DNA from: Massalongia carnosa
Lineage: Eukaryota
DNA: 64,000 nucleotides
Assembly: GCA_965645245.1 (NCBI GenBank)
Contig: OZ287073.1
Location: forward strand, 1,116,001 to 1,180,000
Direction: 5' to 3'
The position numbers were made by a program, and so were the translations under genes. The notes under the pieces were generated by a model, which was not told where the DNA came from, did no database searches, and was given only the letters and a program-made list of their open reading frames with translations. Of the stretch, positions 1-14,500 are shown in pieces; the stretch's first letter is position 1, and each line of letters begins with the position of its first letter.

Positions 1-1213
1 GGACGCGAAGTGCGAGGGAGTTGGTCATTAGTCGTCAGTACTCTGTACGGAGTACTTCGTACTCTGGACGGAGTACTCTGGACGGAGTACTCTGGACGGA
101 GTATTCTGTACGCAAGCTACATGTGTACTCTGTACAGAGTACGTCCTTTAGTTTAACGCTAGACGATGGAGTGACCTCCAAGACTCCATGTCGGCAAGGC
201 AGGCAACGCTCCTTCAACTGAAGCACCTGCCTTACCTATTGAGGTTCAATCAGACATGAAGCAAGAAACAAGACACGAGAGTTGAAAACCGAAGTTTTAG
301 CGCGACATCTACGGAACGTGTTGATTGGACACGAGGGGAAGATTACCAAATCAATCTTCCCCTGGAACGGGGCCAAGCACGCAAGATAGCCCTATGGATG
401 AACTCCTACGAGCAAGCATTCAATACATCTAGGCCTAGAATGCAACCTTCACATCAGAATCCGATTAACATTCATCTTATTTAAACGAGAAATTACTCGT
501 ACGATGAGAAGGAATACGAGATCAGAATACCGGTACAGTTAGTTGGTAAGGGTTAGGATACCCAATGGCAACAACGAATTGCAGACCTCCGAGTACGGGA
601 ATAAACGGATGGGAATTGCAGGGAGGAGTTTCAGGATCATCGAGAGTGGGCACTCGGAACAGTACAGAGAACAAAGGAGCTGGATTCTACGGAGTACACC
701 ATGTACTTAACTAGGTAGAAAGTCGAGATAGTACAGAGAACTCTGTATAGAGTAGTTGGTACTCCGTACACAGTAATATATTCGTAACATGAAGCTAGGG
801 ACGGCACGCTGTCAGCCCCAGTTAGGGCATTGGCGGGATTTTCTCCGGCGATAAAATCCTTTATCCCCAGCTCAATAAGCAACACCCTTGCGTTTAGGGC
901 ACAGTATCCACACGCAAGGAAAAAGAGGAAACGAGAGGGAGAACGAAAGAAGAACGGAAAGAAAGGAAGGAAGAGAAGAGAAGAGAAGAGAAGAGAAAAG
1001 AAAGAGAAGAGAAGAAAAGAAAAGAGATGCCCGTTCAAGGAGGTACGGAGTAGGTAAGTCAATTGGGTCGGAAGATATCTGCCTACCTTATGCAAGGCAC
1101 GGAGCAATCATATTGTACCCGGCATACCTAACCCGAGCTTGAACGAATCCGCGAAAAATCATCTCGAAGCTCATCTTCTGCCCTCCCCATTCTCCCGCTT
1201 CTCCCGGCAAACT

Positions 1214-3855
1214 ATGGAGGCCGAGATAAAGGCCCAGATCCCGGGTGTAGATCCCATCGTCTCTGAATATTCCGCTGTATGCTTGCTGAATATGTCACTT
1301 GCTACCCATCGCAACTGGTGCTGATGAATGCATTGAGGGATATTTGACGCATGCCTCGCAACTCTTTATAGCCGACTCGGATGCGGTCGGGCAATCGCCG
1401 CTTGCTGAAGCCGCCGAAACCATCTCGGCGTTGCTGCTGTCGGCCTCAGGAGATTTGTCCGATCAAAATGCAACGACGATCCGGACTCTCGTCGACAAAT
1501 TCATTTCCAGCCTCAGTGCTGCCAATGGAATTGATGGTGAACCAAGGCAGAGGTCCTCGGCTACCCGCAAACTTGACCATGCCATCCAAGTGGGATCGCA
1601 GCGGAACATGTCCTCGACGCTGGGGCTAGCTGGTGGCGTGGTGGACCTGGAGTCGGCCAATACCAGAAAAGTAGAGTCCCGGGTGGACAAGAAGAAACTG
1701 GAGAAAGCCGAACGGAAAATTCAAGCCAAGCAGGACCGAAAGGTGATGAAGAATGTGGAATACGAAGCCTCTCGGTTGCTGGATCAGCCAGACGACGCCC
1801 AATCATATGAGCAGTTCTACATGGCCGTCAACCCGCTTCAGCTGGATGGCGATCAAGCATCCAAGAGCAAGGATATCAAAGTCGATGGTGTCGATGTGTC
1901 CATCGGTGGGAAGCGGATCTTGACGGACACAACATTAACCATGGCATTTGGACGTCGTTACGGTCTAGTCGGCCAGAACGGTATTGGGAAGAGTACTCTT
2001 TTGAGGGCGTTGAGCCGGAGAGAACTGGCCATTCCTACTCATATTTCAATTCTGCATGTTGAGCAAGAGGTATCTCGAACTATAGGTTCCTTCGAACCAG
2101 GGATGATATTGATTCACCGTGGGTAGATTACTGGCGATGATACACCTGCCCTTCAAGCTGTGTTAGATGCCGATGTGTGGCGGAAGCATCTTTTAGCTGA
2201 GCAAGAAGTATGGACTATGTTTTCTTCATATATACCAGCCCGCTAAATTTCGCTAGAAAATCTCAAAACAGCTGGCGGAACTGGAGGCTGAGAGGTCATC
2301 AATGGCGGACACGTCCACTGATGCAGAAAGACTAGATAAGCATCGAGAAGGGCTGGATACCACGCTCAGCGACATTCACTCGAAGCTCTCGGAAATGGAA
2401 TCGGATAAGGCAGAATCTCGAGCAGCTAGCATATTGGCTGGCCTTGGATTCTCCGAGGATCGCCAGCATTTCGCAACTAAGACTTTCTCTGGAGGCTGGA
2501 GGATGAGACTGGCTTTAGCTAGAGCTCTCTTCTGTGAGCCAGATTTGCTGTTGCTAGACGGTATTCTATTCCACTTTCCTGGGAGTAACTCAGCTGACCA
2601 ATTGCAGAACCTTCTAACATGCTGGATGTTCCTTCGATTACTTTCTTATCGAATTACCTTCAATCATATCCCAGCACGCTACTCGTTGTGTCTCACGACC
2701 GAGCATTCCTCAATGAAGTGGCAACAGATATCATTCATCAGCACTCCGAACGATTGGACTATTACAAGGGCGCTGACTTTGGTTTGTTTCCTTTGATCCT
2801 CGCCATGGTGCATCCTAACCATCTCTAGACTCGTTTTATGCTACCAAAGAGGAGCGCCGGAAGACAGCGAAGCGAGAGTACGAAAACCAGATGGCCCAAC
2901 GAGCCCACCTTCAGAGCTTTATTGACAAGTTCCGGTACAACGCTGCCAAATCTTCCGAAGCGCAGTCCCGGATCAAGAAATTAGAAAAAATGCCCATACT
3001 GGAAGCTCCTGAAAGCGAATACGTGGTGCACTTTAAATTCCCCGAGGTGGAAAAATTATCGCCTCCAATCATCCAAATGAGCGGCGTCTCCTTTGGGTAC
3101 ACACCAGAAAAACCCTTACTCCGAGGCATCGACTTGGATGTCCAACTAGACTCTCGAATCGGCATCGTTGGGCCGAACGGTGCTGGCAAGACGACTGTGC
3201 TTAAACTCCTAATTGGTCAGCTCCAGCCATCCCAAGGCCTCATTTCCCAAAATCCCCGATTACGGGTTGGGTTTTTTGCCCAGCACCATGTCGACGCGTT
3301 GGATATGAATGCCAGCGCCGTTGGTTTCATGGCCAAAAATTATCCCGGAAAAGCTGACGAGGAATATCGTCGCCATCTCGGAGCGTAAGTCGTCTTTGCT
3401 TATTCTAAATCTCGTTCATGTTGCCCCTTTATCTTCTAAACCTCACCATCTCTATCATTCATTATCAGCTCATCCAGCCAGAAGCTAATCCACTTTCCAG
3501 ATTCGGCATAACCGGTATGACGGGTCTTCAAAAAATGGAACTGCTCTCCGGTGGCCAAAAGTCCCGTGTGGCATTCGCCTGCCTCTCACTCACGAACCCA
3601 CATATCCTCGTTCTCGACGAGCCCTCCAATCATCTTGACATTGAAGCCATGGACGCGTTATCCCTCGCGCTAAGGAACTTTCAGGGCGGCGTGTTGATGG
3701 TCAGCCACGATGTTACCATGTTACAAACCGTGTGTACCAGTCTTTGGGTTTGCGAAGGGGGGACGGTAGAGAGGTTCCCCGGGGATGTCAAGGCCTACAA
3801 AAAGAGAATCTCGGCGCAGGCCGGGGTAGCGGGGGTGGTGGAAGCGCAGAAATGA
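1214..3855 (+). CDS. GCN20: ABC-F family translational regulator Gcn20 (multi-exon)
   Basis: ATG at 1214 (MEAEIKAQIPG). Two ABC cassettes: GQNGIGKST / FSGGWRMR / LLLLDE and GPNGAGKTT / LSGGQKSR / LVLDEPSNHLD. No TM segments. ORF fragments are joined by GT-AG introns; stop TGA at 3853-3855. Confidence 0.93.
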
Positions 3856-5136
3856 GGAGGCGGGGAAGGAACAGTTTCTTAGGAAGGGTGTAATCCTATC
3901 GATGAACACATTACTAGGTTAATGGAAGCTTTGAGGGAAGACGATAAACGAAAAGGGCGAGAAAAAACCTCATTTCCCTTTCCTTGATAAAATCTATATC
4001 CATCTACGTATGGAAACCTACCTCCACCCAGCGCCCTGCAACAAACCCTTATTTCCCTTCCCCCCCTTCCCCCCCCCCAAAAACCCAGAAAGCGCACCCA
4101 CTCATACCAAGTGTGAAAGTGTGAGCCAACAAGGGAAGGGGAGGGGGTTAATATATAATGATATGTGTAGAATATCTATCATACGGGGAGTGAGGCATTT
4201 AAGGGGGGGGGGGGGTTTTCGCAATGTACTCTCTCGCTTTTTCGTTATCTCTCTCTCTCTCTCTTCTATATATAAACTAAAAAATAGACAAAGAGAAAGA
4301 AGAAGGACCCAAAAAAAAAAGGGGGGGGGGGGGGGAAGGAAATAAATATGAAAAGAAGAGTAAACAAACGAACAAACAGAAATTGACCAAAAAAAGACGA
4401 CGACGACGACGACGACGACGATACTGGGCCTGCTGATCTGCTGATCTGCTGATGATGATGATAGATAGGTATATATATATGTATGTTTTGATTGATCGGT
4501 CGGTCGGGTTCGGATTTAGGGGGAGGGGGGGTATTTAGGAGGTATTCGGTTCGGGATAGGGTGTAGGTAGATAGATAGATGGATAGACAGATTGGATGAA
4601 TGGATTTGAGGGAAAGGGGGGGAGACCAAGAGCTGGGAGACGAGGGCCGAGAAATGAGAAACGAGACGAATAAACAACGCACGATCATTGGTTGGTTGGC
4701 TGGTTGATTTAACTAAACGCATGAATATGGGTGAGTGAAGTGGGTGAAACAAGCTTTTCTCAAAAACCCGATCCACACAAATCACCAAAAAAAAAGAGAA
4801 AAGAGAAGGGCACACGGAACGGGAATGGTTTGGAGAGATTGATGGCAAGCGCCCTTCCTAGCGGGTAAAAAGAGGTAATTCTAGTTACCGGGCCTCCATG
4901 CCCGACTCGCCCGGTGCACTTGTCGTTCATGCTGACCAAGTCAGGCTTCTCGTGGCCAGGCATCTCTATCCCATCCCCATCCCTCAACCGCCCAACCCGG
5001 CAAATAACTCCACATGAGGAACCACCCGATCCTAGAAGCCGTTGGGAGCGATTTAGTCATCCCAATTGCCATCATTCGTCTCAAATTCGTGCCGAATCGG
5101 TCATGACCTTGGTTAAGCACTTTAATATTAAGCAGA

Positions 5137-7886
5137 TCAACTCCCCATCCCATTAACCATCTCCTCCGCTCCCTCGCCCACGATTGCATTCCCCTGTGTC
5201 TGAAGTTCCTGCGGCGCTGTGGATGCAAATCTCGATACTGACGGCATTACAGGCGTCACACCTTCCTGACTCTTGAAAGAGCGTGGTGGACTCTGTTTCG
5301 TAGGTGAGAGCCCTGGCGACGGGGGGGCATTTTGCCGCAAAGGGGGCCGAATGATCGGACTTGAAGACGTAGGATACACCGTCGGCCTTGGGGGCGAGGA
5401 CTGCTGCTTCACCGGAGAAAGGGAGGAAAGTTTTGGAGATTGGCCGACGCCGTTGGCAGTGGGGTTTGTGGAGTACCCTGGGAAAGCGGTGGAGCGGCTA
5501 CTTTGTGGTGGAGAAAGCGACGGGCGGTTTGCAATTGGGGATGGGATTTCATGTGTCGAGGGGGAGGAACTCGGGCGTTGGCGATGGAATGAATTGAGGA
5601 ATGGATTCTGAGGTTGGGTCGAGGTTGGGGCCGGTTGTTGCGTAGCTGCAGCTTTGGAGTCCCAGGAATAGCGCGCTGACCAACCGACATTCGGAGTTTT
5701 ACTGCTGTTCTCCGGAGTGCCCTGAGATGCTCGAGGTGAAAGACTTAATCGAGCTCGAGAACGCCCATTTTGTAACCCCCCGTGATGGGTATAGCCATTG
5801 GTGTATGCCGGGGGAGCTGGAGGTGATCTGAGCCCAGGCGGGGGCGCTGGTGCTGGACTTGCATTGCCGTTCTGGCCAACTGGCGGCGATATCGGTCCCT
5901 GTGGAGATAAAGTTGGACCGTTCATCATGAGATTGAACATAGCGCCTTGCCCGGGGCTAGCCCGGTCAGAGGCAAAGGGATTTGGCGCATGAATGTTGCT
6001 CTCGGCTGGCTTAAATTTCTTGAGGGGAGGCATCCTTGAGACCTCATCGCCCGATTTAGGCTTCTTGGACCCGCCTGCAGAAAGGTTGAGGTCCTTATGT
6101 TTTTGGGACGGCGGTGAGGAGGAAGACCCGAGGTGAAACTTCAAGGACGGGATCTTGGGCTTCTTCGCATCTTCTGCTCGACGCTTGCAGTCGTGGCATA
6201 TGAAGTGGAAGTTCTCCTTCTCTGCCTCGGCCTTCGAGATGCCGTGACAAGCGCTATGTTGCCAAACGTTGCATTTCTCGCAGGCGATGCTATGGGAGCC
6301 GTCATCCTGATCGCTATTAGTACTACGAGGAACTCATTGACGAACGCGCTCACCAGATTCTCTCCGTGCACTCCACATTTCGAGCAGTCAAAGGACCACT
6401 CATTCTCTTGGGTTAACGCAGCTAACTCATTCTTCCTCTTCGCCATTTCCGCTTTGAGGTGTCTCTCCGACATTCTGGCTTCGCCAGCATCCAACTTCTT
6501 GTTATCTTCCGACAAGCTTGCTAGCTCCTCCTCGTGGAGGATTCGCTTATACTCTCGCTCCTTCAGACGCTGCTCTCGGGTCATCATGCGTGACTCTCGT
6601 GCTTCGTCCATTTGCTTTTGCTTCTCCTGGTCCTTCTTGGCTTCAAGGAGGTCTGCCTTTCTCTTCCGCTCCATCTCGAGAGCTTCTTGCTCTTCTCGTT
6701 CCCTTTCCATCTTTCCAGCAAGCCTGCTTGATCTCTTAGCTGTGGCCAGCTTTTGCATATTCATCAACTCTCGTTCTTTCCTAGCCATCCTCTTTTGTTG
6801 TGCTTCCTCGGCTTTCTCGATTACAGGAAGGACCTCGATCATAATACGCTGATGTAGTGCCTTTTCATCGCTGTCCCTGCTCTTCCGGATGGTTTCTAAG
6901 AACTCCCGATATTGTCCAAGAGTGACGGCAATACATTCCCACTTCCGCCCACCAAATCCATCGTCCAAGGGAGGGTCAGTTGGTCCACCATTAATCAAAT
7001 CTTCCCCTTCAGCATTATTTGCCATCTCCTCAGCCTCGGCGATCTTCCTTCGCTTGCTAGCCCGGGCGGCAGCCTTACCCCTTTTCGAGTTGGCTTTGGG
7101 CTTGGGGGCTGGTGGAGGAGGCAGTGGAGGGTCTGTACGACGGTAGAGTCGGTTGTCATCAAGCACAAAGTAAAGGCGTTCCTGTTTATCATATCCAATC
7201 TCCTCGACACGCTGTAAACCCTAAATTTAGCTTTCGCCTGTCCAGGCATAACCCGGATTACTCACCCATTGTGTTTGGTCAGTGTCTTTGGTCTCGGGCA
7301 TCCTCTCTCGCATCCGGTCAGCGTTGATCAATGTCCACTGCGAAAGTTGACATAGCACGCGAAGTTTGGTGAATACATCAAAGTGGACAAATTTATTAGG
7401 TATTTCTTCCGTTCCAAAGGGATTCCGCTGGGGGGCTTTTGCAACATATTGCCGACGCGTGTATTCGTCAAATATTTCTGGGCTAGAGCTACCGTTAGGT
7501 CATTGAAAATCTGTTAAAAGGCACCGCACGTACGTTAATCCTCTATGCGATGAGACTGACTTGAGAAGGGCCAGCCCAATCTCCGCCAATGTCTCTGAGG
7601 GTTCTAATTTGAGACATTCAGTTTCGAGATCCTAGACGTACCTTAAAGTTAGGACTGGCTTAGGAATGAACTAAGGGAGCAAATCGTATGTGAGAATCGA
7701 GGCATTTGTGAAATAACATACCTCGATGGTAAAATCTTCATCGATTTTTACAGCTTTGCCGAAGATGAAGATGTATTGCATAAGATTTGAGAATTCCCAC
7801 ATATTACGAAGTCGATCAAGCATGCTCCTGTCTATTGCTGGCTCAGACAACTCCATTTCTGTCCTATCGCGTTTGCGAGAGACCAT
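5137..7886 (-). CDS. PHD-finger chromatin protein (DDT/WHIM-type N-terminus, coiled coil, PHD, Pro/Ser-rich tail), multi-exon
   Basis: ATG 7886 (MVSRKR...LRNMWEFSNLMQY). Contains LDDNRLYRRT...WECIA and ATAKRSSRLA motifs. A PHD finger is restored across an intron near 6306-6352 (FDCSKCGVHGENL|DDGSHSIACEKCNVWQHSACHG...FICHDC) and runs into ORF 5137-6144. Confidence 0.8.
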
Positions 7887-8814
7887 GTTTGGCGTGGCTG
7901 TGATGTTAGATGGATATAAGGCGAGGCAACTTTGAATCTTTGCCTGGAATCACACGGGAGGGAAGCGAAGAGATTGGAGTTGAGAGGAAAGAATTGTCTT
8001 GTTAGATATCGAACGAGAAGCGAGTCACATTTGACCGTCTAGTGAGTAGAGCGCATAAAGCAAAGTTAAAAGGCTTAGAGTGTTTGGGGGGAAAGAATGT
8101 CGCGTTGCTCTCATCCAATTTGAGCATGGATGTTTTAACCCACAGATCCTCCCGGGGATCTAACCCGATACGAACAAGCTTGGACCAGCCCTATTTCAGG
8201 ATCTAGTAATAGGAGTGGTGAAGAATACCGTTGTAGGGCGTACGTAGCTTGAGAGAAGGTCGTCCAAACGATCGGGTAATTTTTGCCTACTAAGCAAATC
8301 ACTAGCTATTCGGTCACAGAATGGCGAGCTGTGATGAAGAAATGTCTCACACGGCTGTCAGCCGTGCGTGGCGGGCGACACGAATGCTAGAAATGATTCA
8401 TACTGTAAGGTAGTCGTAGACGTATATCGTACACCCAAATAGAAAGAAGATTCAAGCAAACCCCGCCAAATGCAAATGCCATCGAAACAGAGCCCCGAAA
8501 GCCTAGCTATGTGTCACCCAGAAGCAAGCAAGGCAGCGAACGAAGGATAACGTCTCGGCTCCGCTCCACAAACGACTATTCAAGAAACGCCGAGATATAT
8601 CATCCATCTCTTGGCAACCTGAAACATGCATTTTCCAACCCGGAACCAACCCGGGCAACTTCATTCGAATCCGACGCGCTTGAGGATATAAACGATCTAT
8701 GCGTCAGAAAAAAAAAATCAACCTTCCCTTATGCCGCGCCTATGCTACAGTCCATAGATTCTGGGTATATGTGCTCGGCCGTCATCAGAATTCGTTGCGG
8801 GGCTCTCGTACCCG

Positions 8815-10090
8815 CTACATGCCTTGACTGTTGGACGCATCAACAACGTTATCCGAGAGATTGATGAGAAGCTGAGCGAGGCAGCGTTTTGTTGCGGCGT
8901 CATCACGGAGGACGGAGGAAAACGTGGCATCACGCAACGGCTCGGGCAGGCATTGGCGAAGGGCCTCGCGAGCACGGGCGTTGTCGCTTAACCTAAGGTA
9001 CTCTTAGTCTTAATCATCACGTACCTGACGTGCTGTAGGGGAAGCATACCGGAGAAAGCACCTCACCACGTGCTTGAGCAGCCGGACGGTTTGCTGTTCC
9101 ACCAATTGTGTAACCATATTGCTCAGCACGGTCCCAACAGCGTAAAATCTTTCGTAGGTATGGCATATATACCCAAGTCCGGTGTCGTCAAGAAGAATCT
9201 TTTGCACGATGAAAATAGCCACTGTTTTGCTCAACTCCGAGCCAGTCTCCATGATGCGTAGACAAAGGGGAATGATCTCTGTAGTCAAGAGAAAATTGAT
9301 GACCTCGGAAGAATCATTCTTGACCAAGGCCCCAATCACTCCTAAAGATGTGAGGCGTAGGTACTCAAAAGGTCGGGATTTCGACGTTGTGTTGAGAAAG
9401 GGGTAGAGGAATAGGGGAATGTGAGCTACGGTGTTAATCAGCATGCGCATCTCCAAAAAAGGGTTGCATGTTCCTAACCATTTAGAAAGTGGCCTCGGGT
9501 ATCATTGTGGGAAGCTACACATTGGAGCAAAGCGAGGGCATTGCAAACGCGATTTGAGGCCGCCGCCGTAAGCTGAGATGGATTGAGCAACGGGTAAACC
9601 GAGATGATTTCCTGGAGCAGTGAAGTCATAACACCTAGACATAAAAGTCAGTCACCAACGACTCGATTATGCTGCATATACACTGACCGAACGAGTACCA
9701 TATTATCAGCGCTAGTTCAGGTACTTGCTCGCGTTTTTTGCTCAACTCCATCAGAGCAGTTTCCCTCGAGTTTCCGTTCATCAATTCCGCCACCCAACCC
9801 AGAACTCGTCTATTCTCTTCACTCCAATTGTTGTCCATTGAGCCTCCCACCGTACTGTGCTCCGAGTTCATCCTATGCGCATTGTTGTTGGTATTGGTGG
9901 TGTTCGCATTCATCCGGTTAAAGTGCTGGTGCTGCTGAGCCTGGGCCTGGGCCTGTGCTTGAGCTTGTGCATGCTGGTGATTTGCTTGGTGAGTATGCTG
10001 CTGTTGATGGCCTTGCTGGTGATGTACCCAAGAAGGGTCGGCCTGAGGGTATTGATGTTGATGGGAAAAGATATGATTTGAGGGAAGCAT
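8815..10090 (-). CDS. RCD1: CCR4-NOT subunit Rcd1/Caf40/CNOT9 (multi-exon)
   Basis: [36 protein letters not shown] and [17 protein letters not shown] motifs. Last exon [24 protein letters not shown]...GM ends at TAG 8817-8815. Q/H-rich N-terminus from ATG 10090. Confidence 0.93.
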
Positions 10091-11517
10091 CCTCGCTGCA
10101 GGACGGTAGATAACGTGCCTGAGTGACGTGATAGTGACGCCGACTCTAGTTCTATCTGATCATATGTCCGGAATAACGATGCAGCCTCGACATCATCGAA
10201 AGGATTCGGGTAGGTAGTGAGTCGAGGCGTAGAGAGACGAGTAACTTGGTCGGGTACAGGAGAGGCTTTCCGGGTGGACAAAAGGCTCCAATGTATTAAT
10301 CAGGTCCACCGCATTCACGCGAAATGGCTGTATAGTAAGGTTGGATGAGCTAATAGTAATAGCACGGTGAATAGCGCTGAAGCAAGTCGATATTCTTCTT
10401 GTTCCGTTGAGTAGGCGCTTCACATTCTTCTTGGCTTGAAGGGTCGAGGTGCCAACGAGATGAAGCGAAAGCTTTTTAGGGAAAGCGCCGGATAAATGTT
10501 TTCCGTGGGGGTCGTGATTGGTGAATCGTGAACGGCGGGGAGTGAATGAAAGGACAATAGTTTATCCGAAAAAATCCTTGCAAGACCAATAAATCAGATA
10601 CCTCACGTGATATTCACTTTCGAGGAGGTCAGTTGAGAGAGACGCTCAGATGAAAGGAGTTCTGCTGATGGAAATGTCAGTCAAGCAGATGGTGAGAGTA
10701 GGATTCACAGACCTCCCTGTAGACTCATGGTCATTGTCGATTCATCCGAAAGCTCAAAGGACAGTCCAAAGCATCAAAGTACTATCACGAAATCCGCACG
10801 GAATGAGTCGAAGTACAATGAACATAGCTGCATAACACGGTTACTTACCCGTGGTGAGACTGAGATCTCTGGGCACCGACTCAAGCTAGTGGGTGATGAT
10901 GTGGAACCAGCATGGCCGGTTTTATCGGTCAAACTTCTCTCCTTATACGATAAGTATTCGTAAGTGAGATGGTGGAACATGCGGATTACGTGGGCGATAT
11001 CACATGAGTTGGTTTGGTCTGAACCGGTTGAGGGAGAGAGGGCACCAAAGGGGGTTAGGGCATCTATTCGAGGTACTTCTAACCACCTCTTACTGTACCT
11101 CATACCAATATCGACGGCCCCATGCATGAATGGATACAGCCCTGCTGGTCTTCACAAAGTATACATTTAGTGTAATATGAGTTCCCCAGACTTTGCCCTA
11201 ATCGGCAAAATGGCTATACAAAACAAACCCGCTTGCGAGCTGCATTGCCATCTCGCATGCGTGCTTGTCTGCAAGGGAAAAGAAACAACGAAATTCGTGA
11301 AAGTTCCAACGTGCAGCACAACTTGGAAAGATCTGCTGTGGCTAGGCCTCTCGTCTTTAGATAAGAGTCCGTTTTCGGCCTTCGTCATCTGCCCAGTGAT
11401 ACGTAGAAGGCAACGGAAACTCCTGAAATGTGACGATGGAAGAAATCCATGTTTAATGGGGACCACGTACCATCAAACTCTTCGACCCATCGTTGTACCA
11501 TTTTCTCGTGCCAATTA

Positions 11518-14500
11518 TCATAACCTTAGCGCATCCAATATCTTTTGCGCCATGTTCTTGTAGGCCCATGTATCTCCCACAACCTTTTTGAATTGGATGC
11601 CATGAAGCGAGAAGAGCGGGACCTTCACAATGAAAATCTCAAATTTTAGCACCATGTTGCGGCCCAGTTCACTCTGCACACGTGTCGATGTTTCCCCTGC
11701 CTGCCTCTCCCCGCCGTGGGACCGTCTTCCGAGGCTATCTTCCGATTCTTCGGAGTTTGTGAAGCTGGCGTTTGCGGCGCCAGAACGCCTGGATGGTACA
11801 GCCCGATGCTGCGGCTGCGGCTGCGAAGTTCGCTCGTGCTCGCGAAGCTCGTCCCGATCGCGGTCTGCGCTCTTGGAACCCAGAAAGCTGATCCGACGCC
11901 GGTGGGTGGAGAACGCTGAGCTCTGCTGTTCAGGGCTGGGGGGGCTATTATCCGTGACGCGGTTGAGGTCGATGCTTGGGGCATGGCGGCAACCAAAACC
12001 ACCCTTGATTTCAACATACTCAACACCGAGCTGCTTCAATACCCTGATGATGTCTGCCCGGATGAACGGAAGTGGCTTATTGCTGGTGGTTGAGACGCTG
12101 AACAGGCCCTTCAGATATACAGGCTTCATGTTTTCCAGGCTATCGCCCTTACCAGTCTTTTCATATCCAGCCGCAAGTTCCTGGTCTGTTTCCTCGGGAA
12201 CGTTGGCCTCTCGCACATCGTCGCGTCGGGAGCGACGAACATGTATGCTCTCCCGCCTAGCATGCCCAAGAGATTTTGTTCTAGATGTTGGAGCGCGAGT
12301 GCTTGCGCTAGGTCTTGGGTCTGTCGCAGGGGGCTCGCTGGCTTTGGGTTTCTGACCACTTAGGCTGGACCTATCCGAACCGCTCGTCAGGGGTGGATCA
12401 TGGGCTGCAGCTGGCGGCTGCCCTTCTGAAGCACCCCTGCGCGGTTGCCGCCTGCGATTATCTACCGAATTGACGCTCGCTGAGCGATCGATGATCCTCG
12501 TTCCTGCTTCAAGGGTAGTGGGTGGTGTAAGAAGCTCGGGTTGATGATGTGGCGTGCTTCCGCCCGGATGGAGTAATGGGGTGGGGGTTGGGTCTCTATT
12601 CCGAGATCGCCGTACGCTGAAGCTCTTTCGAGGGGTTGCTGGTGAATCTGGAGGAGGCTGCAACTGCACCGACGGAGGGTTCTGGGAGTCGATCCTTTCT
12701 CTAGTGGATTCCTTGGTTCGCCTTGTGCTGAACCTTCGTAACAAGCCAGCGGCTGCGCTTTCTTTCCTAACTGGCGGTTGATCGGCTGACGGGGTCACGA
12801 TAGCTGGAGGACCATGGCTGCTGGGAACGTTCAAATTAACCTTCTTCATTCCTTCTGTAACCTCGTCTTCGCCGTGTGTCCTCGACCTTGGCCGCGATCG
12901 GCCTCCAGTGATCTTTTCACCAGGCATCTCGTACGCAGTCGAGTTGGTGTAGGCGGCTTCGGGTGCTGGTAGATCGGGGATTCTGAGTGGCTTTTCACCG
13001 GGTGATATGGGCAAGCTGAGCGCCCCAGGATTAGTCTCCACGCGTTCCCGCTCTTGCTTTTCTCGAACCAGATAATATATTGAAATTAAAGGGCTGAAAG
13101 CATTGACCGGATCGGAGCCAAGCTGCACGGCTTCGGCGGATAGATTTTCAAGGGTGTCTCTGCTTGTGACGGAACTTCTTCTTTTGTAAAAATCGAACAC
13201 GCCTCTCTTCTTCTCGCTTCCCATGGCCTGAACCGATTGCTCACGGGCGTTCAAACGTACTGCAGTCTGGTATTCCTCAGAACTAATGACCTTGGTTAAT
13301 TCGCGGGCAATGTATTCGGATGAGCCGAAATCAAATCCGGTCATTTTCTCCACAACATCGGGATCTAGCGGCAATAAAACTGGATCCCGATGGGGAAGAA
13401 AATTCTCAGGTGGGGCGTTGAAGCCTTTTGTTATCCAGCTGTGCCTCATGATCTCCCCAAGACTTGCTCTCTGCCTTGGATCTGTAACAAGCATTCGAGA
13501 GATTAGATGCTTGCAATCTGCTCCATTGTCAGTATAATAATTGGGAGCATCAAAAACAAGGGACGAAGCCTTACCAGGCGACAGCCATGAAGGATAATCC
13601 ACCACACCTTTCTTTATCTTCGCATGAAGTTGTGGCATACTCTGATCATCAAAAGGTACTTTGCCACACACGAGGACGTATAGCACAATACCAAAGCTCC
13701 AAATATCGACCTCAGGGCCGGTGTATTGTCGTGCTTGTAAAAGCTCCGGCGCGGCAAAGTATAGGCTGCCACAAAAGGTTTTAAGGTGACTCCGCGGCGA
13801 GAAAAGGTTGCTCAGCCCAAAATCAATGATTTTTATATCACCAGTCTTGCTGATCAGGATGTTCTCTATTTTCAAATCCCGGTGTACAATACTATTTCTG
13901 TGGCAATAGTCCAGCGCGCTCGCAATCTGGCGGCCAAATTTCCTAGCTTGCTTTTCTTTCAATCTGCCGTGAGAGATGATGTAGTCTAGCATCTGGCCTC
14001 CATTCACATACTCAAAGAGCATATACCAATGATAATTCGTCCGGACCACGTCACGCATGGCGCATATATACGGATGGCTTAATAGAGTGACGATGGCAGC
14101 TTCTCTTGCCGTTCTGATCTCCTTCGAATGGTCTGCACGTTCGCGATCTCTGTTTGTATGATGTTCATCTGTTGATTGTCTTGGCACAATCTTGACCGCA
14201 ACCTAGACGAATGCTCACCATCAGCTCGCTGGACTCGGTCACTCAAGGTGTTCAACATACCTGCTCTCCAGTTTCCAGGTTCTTGGCCAACTTGACCTTT
14301 CCCATACTCCCGGCCCCGATCGTTTTACCCAACGTCCATTGCCCAGTCTGCGCGCTAATTGTTGTACGCCTTTTGGTCGACGCGCCACTGCCAGGATGGG
14401 TATCGGACGGTAATTTTGTCCCGCCAGAACTCGGGCCGGTGGAGGAACCTCCATTAGCCACAGCTACTGCCGCAGCTGTTGCGGACATGTGTGAGCTATT

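Noticed and set aside
637..1142. K/R/E-rich and F/L/S-rich ORFs
   Set aside because: Translations of a GA-rich low-complexity tract upstream of GCN20.
3879..4990. Several short ORFs between GCN20 and the PHD gene
   Set aside because: Microsatellites and homopolymers (polyG, (GAC)n, (TAGA)n) in convergent 3' regions; no protein motif.
9900..10030. QA/QH repeats in the Rcd1 N-terminus
   Set aside because: Ordinary low-complexity tail.
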